Shown here piece after piece: positions 1 through 13,711 of a stretch of DNA of 64,000 nucleotides. The notes under the pieces are model-generated. The model saw only the letters and a list, made by a program, of their open reading frames with translations, did no database searches and had not been told where the DNA came from. This stretch comes from Octopus vulgaris. Taxonomy: Eukaryota. The stretch is from assembly GCA_951406725.2 (NCBI GenBank), contig OX597825.1, positions 27,466,001-27,530,000 on the forward strand. Reading direction: 5' to 3'. The translations under genes and the position numbers were made by a program. Position 1 is the stretch's first letter; every line of letters begins with the position of its first letter.

Positions 1-35
1 CAATACTGGCCAAAACCTTTCTAAGTTATTCTAAG

Positions 36-90
<55 letters not shown>

Positions 91-92
<2 letters not shown>

Positions 93-510
93 CGCAGGAG
101 TGGCTGTGTGGTAAGTAGCTTGTCTATCAATCACATGGTTCCGGGTTCAGTCCCACTGCGTGGCACCTTGGACACGTGTCTTCTACTATAGCCTCGGGTC
201 GACCAAAACCTTGTGAGTGGATTTTGTAGACAGAAACTGAAAGAAGCCTGTCGTATACATGTGTGTATATATATGCGTGTGTGTGTTTGTGTGTCTGTGT
301 TTGTCCCCCTAGCATTGCTTGACAACTGATGCTGGTGTGTTTATGTCCCCGTTACTTAGCTGTTCGGCAAAAAAGACCGACAGAATAAGTACTGGGCTTA
401 CAAAAGAATAAGTCCCGGGATCGAGTTGCTCGATTAAAGGCGGTGCTCCAGAATGGCCGCAGTGAAATGACTGAAACAAGTAAAAGAGTAAAGAGAGAGA
501 GTAAAAGAGT
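91..510 (+). mobile_element. tRNA-derived SINE, family A, full-length copy
   Basis: Head GGCGCAGGAGTGGCTGTGTGGTAAG (A box) and GGTTCAGTCCC (B box), internal TA/TG microsatellite, (GTAAAAGA)n tail; near-identical copies at 8849, 12006, 21526, 43311 and 53541. Confidence 0.9.
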
Positions 511-1501
511 TATATATGTATAACGAAAGAAAATTGAAGAAGTATATGGACAACGGTACGTTCTACACATCAATACTGGACCTGTAAAAGGGAGAGTAAC
601 TCCATACAGAGAGGTGAGCCCTTGGGCAAGTGCTAGCAACCCCTAACCCTCTCTTCCGGTCGTCCGGTTACTGGGTTGATAGAATGTCGTTGGAGAACTG
701 ACAGTGTTGAAGTCGTAGAAAAATGCCTTGCAGCTTATTACGGCCCAGCGGAATTTCTGTAACATCAGAAAGCGGTTGTGTGTCAATCAGCAAATGAGGT
801 GCTACTGTGGGACAACCTAGTCGTCGACCATGCTCACTGACATTTGATGTGGAGGCCCAGTGATGCAGATTGCTGGGGACACAAAATCCGCTGCATTACC
901 GTCCAAAGTCATTTTGTCCGGAGATTGGGAAAGAATAGTTAGCGCTCTCTGATATATATATATATATATATATATAATGATTAAAGGAAACCATATCATA
1001 TTTTGGTGTGTGTGTGTGTATAAAGACTTAACATCATATAAGATAATCCTACGATTTTAATAGTAAATCGAATCGAATTTATCGGTGTTTGATATTTGTT
1101 TAATCGTCTTTCGAACAAGGAAAAAAGATATTACTGAAATATTACCACTGCATCACTTGAGCGCTATATTAAAGGTCGATATATAAAACACTTTTATATT
1201 GGGTGATATAAAACGAAAAGAACTAAGATGTGGTACTGGTAAACAGAAAAACATTTCTATTCCATAACAGACTTCGTACTCATTAAGTGGAATAGTTAAT
1301 AAGTTGCCGCCGGTAGGATGTAGAATAGTTAAGAATAAAAAAAAATACAATCAAATGAACTTGTCACATCGTAAAATGTTTGAATATACAATGAAAATAA
1401 ACAATATTTTAAAATATCATCAAAGCCAATGAATAATTGTATAAACTCTGGAAAACAACACGTTCAGGCATACAAATCACAGATATCAGTATATATCAGA
1501 A

Positions 1502-1537
<36 letters not shown>

Positions 1538-1937
1538 TGTATGTGTTTGTCTGTGAGTGTATGTATATATTTATGTGTATATTTATGTATGTATGAATAT
1601 GAGTATCAGGTGTCTACGAGTACGTATGTGATAAGAATATATGCATATATTAACGCCTGCATATGTACAAGTGTGTACGTATCTGTTTATCAATGTATAC
1701 GCTTCTACTTTTTGTACGTATGAGTATGTGTGTTTGTGTATGTGTGTGCGTGTTCTTGTGTGTGTGTGTGTGTGTGTGCGTGTGTGTGTGTGTGTGTGTG
1801 TACACGAGGCGTGTTTATGTAGTTTGTTTCTTTTTTAAGGAAATCTGATAAAATTGTCACAACTTATATTCTGTTTAATTCTCTTCAGAAATATTTTAAA
1901 TAACACAACTTGACATTTATTATGAGATGAGATAAAC

Positions 1938-1970
<33 letters not shown>

Positions 1971-1973
1971 TAA

Positions 1974-2306
<333 letters not shown>

Positions 2307-2329
2307 GCCCCTTCATGGTAAATAATAAT

Positions 2330-3193
2330 AAAAGCCCCTTCATGGTAAATACTGGACTAAACTAAACGCAAAAGAAATAGACAAAGAAAAATCCCAGCAA
2401 TGGTTGAGAAGCTCAGGACTCAAAGCAGAAACAGAGGGATTTTTAATTGCAGCACAAGACCAAAGCCTCCCCACCAGAAATTACCAAAAACATGTAATGA
2501 AAAGAAATATTACAAGTAACTGCAGAATATGTGGAGATGGACAAGAAACAATAAATCATATTATCTCTAGCTGCCCAGTCCTGGCTAAGAAGGAATATAT
2601 TCACAGACATGACAGAGTTGGAACTTACATACATTGGAAGCTATGCCAACATTATGGAATAACAACAGAAAAAATATGGTATAGGCACACACCAGAAAAG
2701 GTCACAGAAAACGAGAAAGCAACCATACTCTGGGATATGCCGATACACACAGATAGAGAAATTAAGGCCAACAGACCAGATATAGTTGTCAGAGACCATG
2801 AAGAACAAAAATGCTTTCTAATTGATGTATCAGTACCGGCAGATGACAACGTGTCTCTAAAAGAAATGGGGAAACTCTCAAAATACAAAGACCTGGAAAT
2901 AGAGGTAACTAGAATGTGGAATCTGAAAACAGAAACAATTCCTATCATAGTAGGTGCATTAGGCATGATAAAAAAATATTCAGACAAATACATAACAAAA
3001 ACACCAGGACTTACAAACACATATAACATACAGAAAATTGCACTACTAGGCACTGCACACATCCTACGCAGAACACTTTCCATACAATAACCATCAGAGC
3101 ATCACAACAAATCACAGCACATACCCAAGGCACACAGAGCTGCGCTCGGTAGTGAAGTGAAAGCACGCTATAAAAATAAAAATAAAACTACTG
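2330..3193 (+). mobile_element. 5'-truncated R4/Dong-clade non-LTR retrotransposon inserted in a (TAA)n microsatellite
   Basis: Carries an RLE-type ORF and short 3' UTR and has TAA repeats at both junctions; TAA targeting is known for Dong elements. Confidence 0.88.
2332..3090 (+). CDS. C-terminal part of non-LTR polyprotein: CCHC zinc knuckle plus restriction-like (PD-D/ExK) endonuclease
   Basis: Open frame KPLHGKYW...CRICGDGQETINHIISSC...RHD...NRPDIVV...LIDVSVP...KLSKYKDL...IIVGALG; extends upstream of the listed 2404 start and is 5'-truncated. Confidence 0.9.
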   Translation, partial: KPLHGKYWTKLNAKEIDKEKSQQWLRSSGLKAETEGFLIAAQDQSLPTRNYQKHVMKRNITSNCRICGDGQETINHIISSCPVLAKKEYIHRHDRVGTYIHWKLCQHYGITTEKIWYRHTPEKVTENEKATILWDMPIHTDREIKANRPDIVVRDHEEQKCFLIDVSVPADDNVSLKEMGKLSKYKDLEIEVTRMWNLKTETIPIIVGALGMIKKYSDKYITKTPGLTNTYNIQKIALLGTAHILRRTLSIQ

Positions 3194-3209
3194 AATAATA
3201 ATAATAACA

Positions 3210-6200
3210 ATCTTATCTTTATTCGCCAGTATGGCCGAACACTAAACAAACGCGAACACAAGGGACGAGTGGAGCTTTACACCAATTTCGTGATTAACAG
3301 AGAAAGTGAAGAGAGTTCCACCCAGGAACACTCAAGGAACCCCACGCGTCATGGTCACCTCCGCCACCAACGGCGTTTCAGCAGGTGCCTTTCTTCATCT
3401 CAACACTTCCGGCTTACGAGCGTATGCTCAGAGTAGACCTCTCGTTAGGGGCCATCCTCGTCATTTTCACCCACTTTTCTGCAAAAATACTGAGAGGTAG
3501 CACTTCTTTCTCATGTTTGCGCACCCTTACCCACTGCATGCCTAGTCATTTACTTAGCGGCTGTTGATAGCTGATGGACTGACTTACGGGCAGTATACGC
3601 CCCTTCCACAGAGAACGGAAGAACGGAAGAACATGGACTCAAACTTTATTAACCGCGAAACAAGACAAGGGACCACGGTCCAGCGCTACGAGACGGCAGA
3701 AGTGATGTACGCATTCTCCGCCTTCAACCAAATCAAGGGGCAGCTACCTCTCTGCTCATTTCGGGTTGAGATTGTCAACTCTGCTCGTACCCTGTCCACT
3801 TGGAGGACCGGTCAAAACCAGACCCTTATTAATTTTAGTGGTTTTAACGTCCATCACCTTACGATTGTTGTCGGATGACTTGGACCTTCCTGTCCAGGTG
3901 CCGAGCTGCACGCCCACAGCCTTCTGGTTAATCATTGCTCCTAATACCATTTCATTAAGCTGGTGCCGACCACTTCGTTTTCTACAGCTTAGGTCACATC
4001 CTAGAAACATCAGGCTTCAATAGCAATTGCTCAGAAGCCAGCATGTACAAAAGGTACAAGAGTGGACATCATTGATAAACAATCCCAATTGGTGTGCATT
4101 TACTTTGACCCACGAAAAGATGTCGCTGTACATTGCAGCGTTCGAGCCTTTGAAAGCAAGTCCGTAGCCGGCCGCTGCGAGAATAGCTCCTATCAAAAGC
4201 TTTTCATTAACCCAAATTGATCAGAGCCCCACCTGTCACATATTCCTTACCTACCGACATTATGATGTAACACATAGGTTGCCTTGGATACATCTGATTG
4301 GGAGAACGCATGTTTACTCGTCAAAATCTTGGTCAAAATCTTGGTCAAAATCTTGTAATCCTAACTCACCAGAGTTACGGGCTTAAAATTATCTATTTGT
4401 ACCCCTTCTTTAGGTCCTTTTTCGGCAGCAACACCACGCCACGGGACACAGCACTTGGAATTCTTTCGATGCGGTAGACAACCGCCAAGAGATCACCAAA
4501 AATGTCTGGCGAATTTAGATAAAGCTCGAAAGGCAAACTATCTGGTTACAGATACTTTTCCCGTATATACCCAGCTGTTATTGGTCCTTTGTAGAACACA
4601 GAATCCTTGGCCAAAAATGCGGTATATCGGCGAGGTAAGAAACGTAATTCCCTTTTGTCTCCGACCCATCTCGATGAGTTGTTGCTGAAATTCCACATAC
4701 ATCTGCTTGGATTCAAGTAGCATGCACCCGTCCCGACCCGTCAAGGACCAAACTGTAACTTTGCTGCCGCCTCGGCCCATAGAACTGTTCTCTCATTCCT
4801 TCGTGAATTAAGTCCCTCGCCCCAGCTCTTACAACGCAACTTTCATGCTTGGCGTTGAACAATTGATCATGATCCAATATCGCCGCCAGCAGGTCAGTCG
4901 ATGTACCACTTCTAAGAAAATCTCCCTCTATCCCAGGTTCCTCTACCACTAATTCTTTACTATAGCCTACTGCCTCTACACTAAGTCTTTGCACACAAGA
5001 CGCGCCGTGGCTTTCTACCCTCAAACGTACCATGTAGTTTTCAAATGAGATTTGGGATCTTGTGGCTCGTGTTTGTTTTAAGGTGGAGCAACATCTCAAC
5101 ACTGATCCCAGAACAATTTTCACGATGAGCTCCTTTCAGCTGTTACTCCTTTCAAAACGATACATGCTGAAATCTAGCATAAATTTATTTCCGATGGAAT
5201 TCCTGAGACCCTTCTCCTTATACCCCTCCTTCTCAAATACCATGGGTGGATCACGTATTTTTCATTCCACCAGGGAACTACGTAGTGTTTGCCTGCCAGA
5301 ATTTCAGTCTTGAAGAGCACTGAAATATCCGCAAACTGCTTTACTCTCGAGAGATACTGAATATATCGCATTATCTCCTTCAGTGCAACATCCACCTATA
5401 TCTGACTAACCATCTCTGGCCTCTTCGTGTTTATAGAATCGCATTTATAAATTACGGTTTGCTTATGTGTTTCTGCTGCTTATCAGTTTGACCGTTTGGG
5501 CCAGACATATATGCTTTTGTTGAATATTCCTTTTGTATATAACTGTGCCCTTCGCACACGTTGCTGTGAAAGTATTGTTTGTGTTTTTTGCTGTTCTAGC
5601 TGTTGTTATTCGCAATAAAAATATTGTTGTAGTTCAAGTTTCCAAGGCTACTGTTTATTTTCCTATATCATAGTGTTAGTTTTTGCAGTGCTGGTGATGG
5701 TGGTAGTGGTGGTGATGGTGGTAGTGGTGGTGATGGTGGTAATAGTGGTGATAGTGGTAGTGGTGGTGGTGGTAGTGGTGGTTGTAGTGGTGGTCGTGGT
5801 CGTGGTCATGGTCGTGGTCGTGGTAGATAGATCATAGCCTTGCTCGTCGTCTTATTGGTGCTGTTGTTAGGTGATATCTTTGGTATTGTCTCATTTGTTG
5901 TGAGGAACTCAACTTCGTAATTGGAAATAAATTCCCGAGCTGTGCCCTCATTGTTGTTGTTGCTAATGTTTGTTGCCATAGTGGTACTCTGAACTTGCTG
6001 AAAGCACACCTCCCTTTCCATTTCAGAGTAGAAGGCGGAGAATTGTGGATTATTTTGCAGTTCTTCTTCCATGTCATTTAGCAAGGCTGGCGTCGCTACA
6101 TCTGATGATAAAATTACTTTTTCCAAAGCAAAATGAAAATTTCTTTTCGAAATTTCTTCCCCAAAGGTATGATACTGAATTATTAAAAAAATGTGTTAAC

Positions 6201-6270
6201 CCCACGTTCTTTAAATGTTAACTCTTGAGACTGTACAACATACTACTATGATCGAAGAATTAGATCCTAG
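3210..6270 (-). mobile_element. Decayed Tx1/L1-clade LINE with internal deletions (ORF1 and ORF2 remnants)
   Basis: ORF1-like remnants at 5806-6126 and 5174-5395 (FKTE..P.Y.RR..RRVSGIP); post-endonuclease linker at 4713-5123 (AKHESCVVRAGAR); RT motifs NFKPVTL..DYKILTK (~4330-4395) and GALINL..KAFDR (~4190-4230); AATAAA near the 3' end at ~3220. Confidence 0.75.
5690..5825. repeat. (GGT/AGT)n trinucleotide tract, poly-Thr/Pro in the LINE ORF1 region
   Basis: Directly visible GGTGGTAGT/GGTCGT repeats. Confidence 0.9.
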
Positions 6271-8450
6271 AATGCTAGTATTAAATCAGTTTTAAAATGT
6301 AGACCAATGTTCAGCTGCATAAAAATATAGAATTTAGTTTATAAAATAGTAGGGATGGATGTGAACTTTGTTCTATGGAGAAAAATGAATTTTTGAAACA
6401 TAGGATAATGTAAACTTATTAAATAACCGTTTTGGACTAGGATTATAGTGCATACATTGTACTACCCGCACCTTTAAATATTTTTTAAAATAGCACTTTT
6501 GTTATTCCTAAATTTTAGATCTTGATGTTTTTTAAAATCCAATAGGGAAATAATATACCCTACTATCTTTTATTTAATCAACAATAGTTTTAAGAAATTT
6601 AGTAACATAATCAAACTGAATAAAGTTGAATACAATTCTTTTAAAATTTCTATAATTATTACATAAATTCTATATATCTAATGAAATTATTAAGTTGTAT
6701 ACCTAATCCACAATAAGTTTTAAAGAATTGGTAATTTCCATATCTATTTCTACTCCACCTAATTCTTTTTTTTTTAATATTATAAATATTTCCTCTAACT
6801 AGCCTAAATTATTATACCCCATAAAACTACACTTCACTCTTAATACTAAATTTAAATGTTTCTAATTTTAGAAACTTACATCTTGGTTGCCTCCCTTCCA
6901 TTATATTATAAAGATTTTTATATGTGTGCCTATTAATACCTTATTTACTAGGAATATTCTCATAAAAAGTTCATCTAAATCCCCTTAATTAATATTCAAA
7001 ACCTGATAAAGAATGTATAATAGTATCTAGGTTACTTGGTTTCTATTTCTCTAAAACAACCTCAACTTCATGATCTTTGTATGTGTTAGAAAGCTTTATT
7101 AATAAATTATAAAGAAAGAAGAAGATAATATTTTATAAGTACCAATTAATAAATATAAATTATCATATAAGGAATAACAATAACTTTTTTTTAAATCTAT
7201 AATAGAACTCAAAATTTTATATAAATTCTTATTAATAACATAAATTTTACACAATAGCTTGATCATTTCTTTACACGGTATTAAACACTAGTCATTTACG
7301 ACAATTCCCATGATAAGTAAATATTAATTTTAATATAGAAATTATAAAATTATAACAGAATTTCTCATAACAGCTTACCTCACCTATTAATATACATAAG
7401 CTAGGTATAATTTATAATAAGTTTTTGAACACAAATCTATTCTACCCCTTATCTATAATATTCTATAATAACTTATTTTTATTTTTCAATATACTCATTT
7501 AAATTCATTTACTTTAATTTTACACCATCTTTTCTTATTTATTTACCCACTATATCATTTTATTGATAATACATTTATATTGAGTTCACACTCAACCTAT
7601 ACAGAACCATACTGATATATTTCACTCTCTATTTTATAATACCAGAAAGATATTCTAAGATTATTAGCATATAGAAAATATATGAAATTTTTAACATATT
7701 CCTTTAATTTAACTCATTAATACCAATAAATTTACTATTTACTAATTAACTATAAATATATATTAAATTGGTATAGAAACTTATATAAATATGAAATTAT
7801 TTCTATATTCCCCATCCCTATATTGTGTAAAATACTGAAATTATTCTGATTCTTTGAAAACCTCTCTAAAATGTTCCTATATATTTCAAATTATCATTGG
7901 GATTATGGCTGTCAAATAGTTAAGTATTATAAGTTTTTACTCACCCTACTCCATCAGCTTTAGCTTGTGAATTTTGGTTGAAATATATTCGTACTGGACC
8001 CAAATGGTTTCTACTTCAAAGGGACCTTGATTTATGGTTCTGCCACCTAAACTGTCTTTTTCTCTATCCATAAAAGATAGATTCTTGTTTTCCATTATAC
8101 TTGATAAACTAGTCTATAAATTTAAACCCCCTCTCCTAGTAGTAAATCTAAATAACAAAGTAAAATCAATGATAAGTAGTGTCTTGCTGTGAGAAAAAAT
8201 ATTAGTTACTATTATGATATTGTTGATGAAACTTGTTCTTTGTCTACCTACTTACCCTCTTTGTGATTTTGGTTAATGGAATAATTATAAAAATGAATCT
8301 TTTGAATTTAACTAAATTCTATATTTTTATGCAGCTGACGATTGCTCTACATTTTAAAACTGATGTAATACTTGCATTGTTCAATTAAATGGAGTCGCAT
8401 GAAACGATCGTACTGCATTACCTCTGGATATCATTGTTGCTTATTTTGAT
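6271..8450 (-). mobile_element. Heavily decayed Penelope-like element with inverted pseudo-LTR segments
   Basis: 69-bp inverted repeat 6271-6339 / 8310-8378; minus-strand PLE RT-like remnants (KDHEVEVVLEK ~ DKG..VV.DK; YKNL..QPRCKFLK ~ PR.Y.LPK; IISLDI*NL ~ LVSLDV.NL); HHR in the right-hand repeat. Confidence 0.55.
8329..8418 (+). ncRNA. Type I hammerhead ribozyme, canonical core, long stem II
   Basis: ATGCAG-CTGACGA-[59-nt imperfect hairpin]-GAAA-CGATCG-TA-CTGCAT; 6-bp stem I, palindromic stem III. Confidence 0.8.
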
Positions 8451-8482
8451 TATATATATATATATATATAAATATATATACG

Positions 8483-8618
8483 AGGGGCTTTCAGTTTCCG
8501 TCTACCAAATCAACTCCCAAGGCTTTGATCGATCTGAGGCTATACTAGAAGATACATGTCTGAGGTCAGGCGGTGGATCTGAACCCAGAACCATGTGGTT
8601 GGGAAGCAAGCAACTTAC
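8483..8618 (-). mobile_element. SINE family A, diverged 5' fragment
   Basis: Reverse complement of the family A head and central region. Confidence 0.75.
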
Positions 8619-8717
8619 ACACATATATACATACATACATACATACATACATACATACATGCATACATACATAATACATACATACATAACTTACATACAT
8701 ATATACATACATACATC

Positions 8718-8758
<41 letters not shown>

Positions 8759-8772
8759 TATATACATACATC

Positions 8773-8815
<43 letters not shown>

Positions 8816-8848
8816 GATATATATAGATATATATATTTATATATATAT

Positions 8849-9247
8849 ACTTTTTTACTCTTTTACTTGTTTCAGTCATTTGACTGCGGCCATGCTGGAG
8901 CACCGCCTTTAGACGAGCAACTCGACCCCGGGACTTATTCTTTTTGTAAGCCCAGTACTTATTCTATCGGTCTCTTTTTGCCGAACCGCTAAGTGACGGG
9001 GACGTAAACACACCAGCATCAGTTGTCAAGCAATGCTAGGGGAACAAACACACACATACATATATATATATGTACATACATATATACGACAGGCTTCTTT
9101 CAGTTTCCGTCTACCAAATCCACTCACAAGACATTGGTCGGCCCGGAGCTATAGCAGAAGACACTTGCCCAAGATACCACGCAGTGGGACTGAACCCGGA
9201 ACCATGTGGTTAGTTAGCAAGCTACTTACCACACAGCCACTCCTGCG

Positions 9248-9249
<2 letters not shown>
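8849..9249 (-). mobile_element. SINE family A, full-length copy
   Basis: Reverse complement of 91-510, embedded in (TA)n. Confidence 0.9.
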
Positions 9250-9303
<54 letters not shown>

Positions 9304-9739
9304 TATATTTATTTATGTAATACAAGTACAACTCTGCGTATGTGGGTGCGTACGTGTGTGTCCGCGTCTGCTGCACACAATCAAGTGCCCACTGGTGGGA
9401 ATCATAATGAAGCGAAACACGTAAATTATAATAAAACAACGCTTTGTCATTAATGAGTCTATGTGATTCGCTAATTGGAGTTTCTCGTTGTAGGAAAGCA
9501 GGAAACTGATTATTAATGATTTTAATAGTGACTTCAACTGAACCAGTTGACAGTTGCTGAACCTAGATAATGGTAGTATGTATATTGTGTGTGTTAAGCT
9601 AGAAAGATAGGAATAGTTTGAAATTTATTAGTGTGGCAAAGCGAGACTAACAAAAGAAGATACGTTCTGTAGTTATTAGAAGCAAAATATCGGTCAGAAA
9701 ATTTGAGGATTTGAAGGTGAATTATAGAGGAGAGGAAGG

Positions 9740-10545
9740 TGTACGAGGGAGCATTTGAAACAGGTGAAACAGGAAGAGAAAACAAGACGCTGAGGTGGGG
9801 CAGGAGCAGAAGCAGGAAGATGAGAAGGAGTAGTAGTAGTAATAGTAGTAGTAGTAGAAGAAGAAGAAGAAGAAGAAGAAGAAGAGAAGAAGGAAGGAAG
9901 AAGAACAAGAAGAGATGAAGAAGAAGAAGAAGAAGAGAAGACGAAGAAAACGACAAAGAAGAAGAAGACGAAAAAGAGAAAAAGAAGGAGAAGAAGAAGA
10001 AGAGATGAGAAGAAGAAGAAGAAGAAGAAGAAGAAGAAGAGAAGATGAAGACGACGACGAAGAAGAAGAAGAAGAAGAAGAAGAAGAAGAAGAAGAGAAA
10101 AAAAGAAGGAAAAGAAAAAAGAAGAAGAGGAGCAACAAAAAGAAAAAGAAAAAGAAGGGGAACAACAACAACAACAAGAAAATGAATAACATGAAAATGA
10201 AGGAGACATCAACGAGAAAATGAAAAAGTGGGAGGAGGGAAGTGGGAAGGGTCAGAAGGGAAGATTGGAGCAGGAGGACGACGACGACGTTGAGGATAAT
10301 GATGACGATGAGGACAAGAAAAAGAAAAAGAAGAAGACGAAGAAATAGTAGTAGAAGGAAAAGAAGAAGAAGAAGAAGAAGAAGAAGAAGAAGAAGAAGA
10401 AGAAGAAGAAGAAGAAGAAGAAAGAAGTAGAAGAGGGAAAAAGAAAGAAGTAGAAGTGGAAAAAGAAGGAGAATCATTTAGAATTTTAAGAAGAAAAGGA
10501 ATAGAAAGAAGAAATATGTGAGACTTAGATGAGACAAAAGAGGAA
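9740..10545. repeat. Long polypurine (GAA)n-based low-complexity tract
   Basis: About 800 bp of GAA/GAG/TAG/GAC triplets; source of the poly-K/R/E/S/L ORFs. Confidence 0.95.
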
Positions 10546-11003
10546 TAGAAAATAGTGCCACGAATGGCTCCCCCGCAAGCACTTATACACATACGCTGAC
10601 ACATAACTATTTGCTACATGTATACAATTGTATATAGGTATTAATATAAAAGTGGAAAACATAAGCGCAATCAGAAACATGAACGTGCTTTATGTCAACA
10701 ACACTCAGAAAAAGGAAAAAGAATAGAATGGATATGTGACACTTGACGTTTAAAACAATTGTGCAGAGACTGCGTAGAAATATTCTCATATTGTCAGGTG
10801 ATTCAATCAGAGACACTTGGCTCTGTGTATGTTTAAAGAAAATTTTCCTGAACTGATTTTCAATTGCCTGAGGATCGGGTACGGGAAAATGGAGTAGGAA
10901 CTCACGCAGATTCAGGTTTCAGCTTTATGTGCATGTGTGTGAATATATGTGTGTGAATATATGTGTGTATGTTTATGTACACACACACACACACACACCT
11001 ATA

Positions 11004-11175
<172 letters not shown>

Positions 11176-11388
11176 TATATATATATATATGTATGTATAT
11201 GTATATATATGTATATAAACACACATTGATCTGTCTGCGTTACACATTATTCCTCTCTCACTTCATATATACGCGTGCATATATATTCACTTTGAACTCA
11301 TATATATGCATACACTCGTGCTTGAAAGTAATGAAAAAAAGAAACTTACTTGAGAATCGGATGTTGCAAAGAAATACAAGTAGATAAT

Positions 11389-11423
<35 letters not shown>

Positions 11424-12005
11424 CATGGAACTGTATGAAATTTTATTCTTGTAATGAAGTCATGATAGCGGGTATTATATGAAAGACTGCTATTCTTTAT
11501 TCTTTCAACGTGAGATGAATTGTAAAGAACATAGACGGCTTAAAACAAAGGAGGTATTGATTTGAAATTTAAATACAGAAAAACATTGCGCTCAAAAGTA
11601 TTATCATAAATTGATAAAGTCAAATATATTATTGGGAAAGTTAAAGACCATGACACGATAGTTATTTGAAATAGCATTTATTAACGAACGGTGAGATTAC
11701 TAGCAGCCGTTGGGTGTATGTATACATGTGTGTGTGTGAGTGTATTGTCTGCATGCATGCTTCTACATACATGTGTATGTGGAGGGGCAGGCTTAGAAGT
11801 TGTATGTATGTTTACATATATATATATATATATATATAGACTAACACCCTGCTCCTCCAGATACACATATATGTAGAAGCATGCGGACAGAGGCAGACAT
11901 GTAATAACACACATATATGCTCATACAACACCTACACACACATATACACACACGCATACACATATATATAATTATTTATATGACATATATATATATATAT
12001 ATATA

Positions 12006-12413
12006 GACGCAGGTGTGGCTGTGTGGTAAGTAGCTTGCTTACCAACCACATGGTTTCGGGTTCTGTCCCATGCGTGGCACCTTGGGTAGGTGTCTTATAC
12101 TTCAGTCTCGAGCCGACCAAGTGTCTTGTGAGTGTATTTGGTAGACGGAAACTGAAAAAGGAACCCATCGTATATATGTATGTGTATATATATATATCTG
12201 TGTGTATCTGTGTGTGTGTCTGCGTATGTCTCCGCAATATCGCTTGACAGTCGATGCTGGTGTATTTACGTCCCCGTAACATAGCGTTTCGGCAAAAGAG
12301 AACGATAGAATAAGTACTAAGCTTACAAAGAGTAAGTCGTAAGTTCGATTTGCTCGATTAAATGCGGTGCTCCAGCATGGCCGCAGTCAAATGACTGAAA
12401 CATGTAAAAGAGT
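12006..12413 (+). mobile_element. SINE family A copy
   Basis: Same head, body and tail as 91-510. Confidence 0.88.
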
Positions 12414-12415
12414 AC

Positions 12416-12464
<49 letters not shown>

Positions 12465-12603
12465 AGTGTAAGGAGAGCTAATGGTGTCAATAAGACCAAC
12501 ATTTCTAAGGTAATTATGAGTAAGTACTATGGACAGACCATAATTAAGCTCCAGGTTCGGTGATTATGCGAATAAGGAGCCCAACGTAGGTCATATATCA
12601 GCA

Positions 12604-12650
<47 letters not shown>

Positions 12651-12993
12651 CAGTATGAGATAAAAATCCGTTCATTTCATAACCCTCTTTTCCGGATAGC
12701 ATAGAACAGGTTTACCTTGAGGTCTCTATCAAACTAAACACTGGCTTGTTTGTTTCTCTAATCTTTCATCTCTTTTCGGGTTTCCGGTGGTAGTGAGATC
12801 GTAAGCAAAGAGTTGTCGCTCTGGTTTGCCTGCTGAACCCAATTTCAGTAAACTACTTCTCTGAGTTTATCACCATATCCTAAATTTTACTTGAAATTTC
12901 TAAGACACAGCGTTTATGTTAAATAGTAATTTCTTCTGTTATGCTAACCTCTTTCTTCTCGTAGTGTCATTGTCATTTGTCCACTAATATTAA

Positions 12994-13245
12994 GGCAGCG
13001 AGCTGGCAGAAACGGAAGGCGGCGAGCTGGCAGAAACGTTAGCACGCCGGGCGAAATGCGTAGCCGTATTTCGTCTGCTGTATTTCATTCTGAGTTCAAA
13101 TTCCGCCGAGGTCGACTTTGCCTTTCATCCTTTCGGGATCAATTAAATAAGTACCAGTTACGCGCTGGGTCGATGTAATCGACTTAATCCGTTTGTCTGT
13201 CCTTGTTTGTCCCCTCCATGTTTAGCCCCTTGTGGATAGTAAAAA
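12994..13245 (+). mobile_element. tRNA-derived SINE family B (Deu/Nin-like central domain), head duplicated
   Basis: GGCGGCGAGCTGGCAGAAACG head, GAGTTCAAATTCC B box, GTCGACTTTGCCTTTCATCCTTTCGGG...AAGTACC domain; first ~24 bp repeated. Confidence 0.85.
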
Positions 13246-13711
13246 AAAATATATATTTCTTTAACTTCTCCTCTCCGGGCTACCATGGTGAAGCAGACGC
13301 CTCAGCTGTCGACGATATTACCACGCAACACTTTCTGCATGCGACTACTTAATAACAAGACCAAAATTGTTTTCATTAATATGATTGCTGAGGGCAATAG
13401 ACTGCGAGTTCAGTCGAACTGACACACAAATAATTCCAGTCGGGGAGTAAATGGGAGCAAGTAGGGGGTTGCCAGAATGATAAAGGTAAAAGATGTCAAA
13501 CTGTTGATCGATGGCTTTAAAACTAATAAGTGTAAAGCGATTACAATATCACACACTGTAAGAATTGTCGAGAATATTGTGAACAATCGTACATAGCAAA
13601 AATATAATTAGAATAATGCGGAAAATAATCAATTGGAATCCGTTTTATAGTTTGAAATCGGTAACATTGCAGCATGTATTTCAATATTTCAAACGAAAAT
13701 TATTTGCCCAC

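Noticed and set aside
91-165. SINE heads as true tRNA genes (also 13712, 23880)
   Set aside because: No complete cloverleaf or T-run terminator; they continue into repeat bodies
4321-4355. 12-bp triple repeat TCAAAATCTTGG as a binding-site array
   Set aside because: Slippage duplication inside the dead RT KILTK motif
6345-8300. Possible NUMT (very AT-rich, skewed 2-kb block)
   Set aside because: No mitochondrial protein, rRNA or tRNA motif recognised; PLE RT remnants and an HHR-bearing inverted repeat explain it better
10860-10905. CTGAGGA..GAAA..TA hammerhead-like string (similar weak cases at ~20500, ~20737 and ~29595)
   Set aside because: Stems do not pair convincingly or half the core is missing; could be decayed HHRs but unsupported
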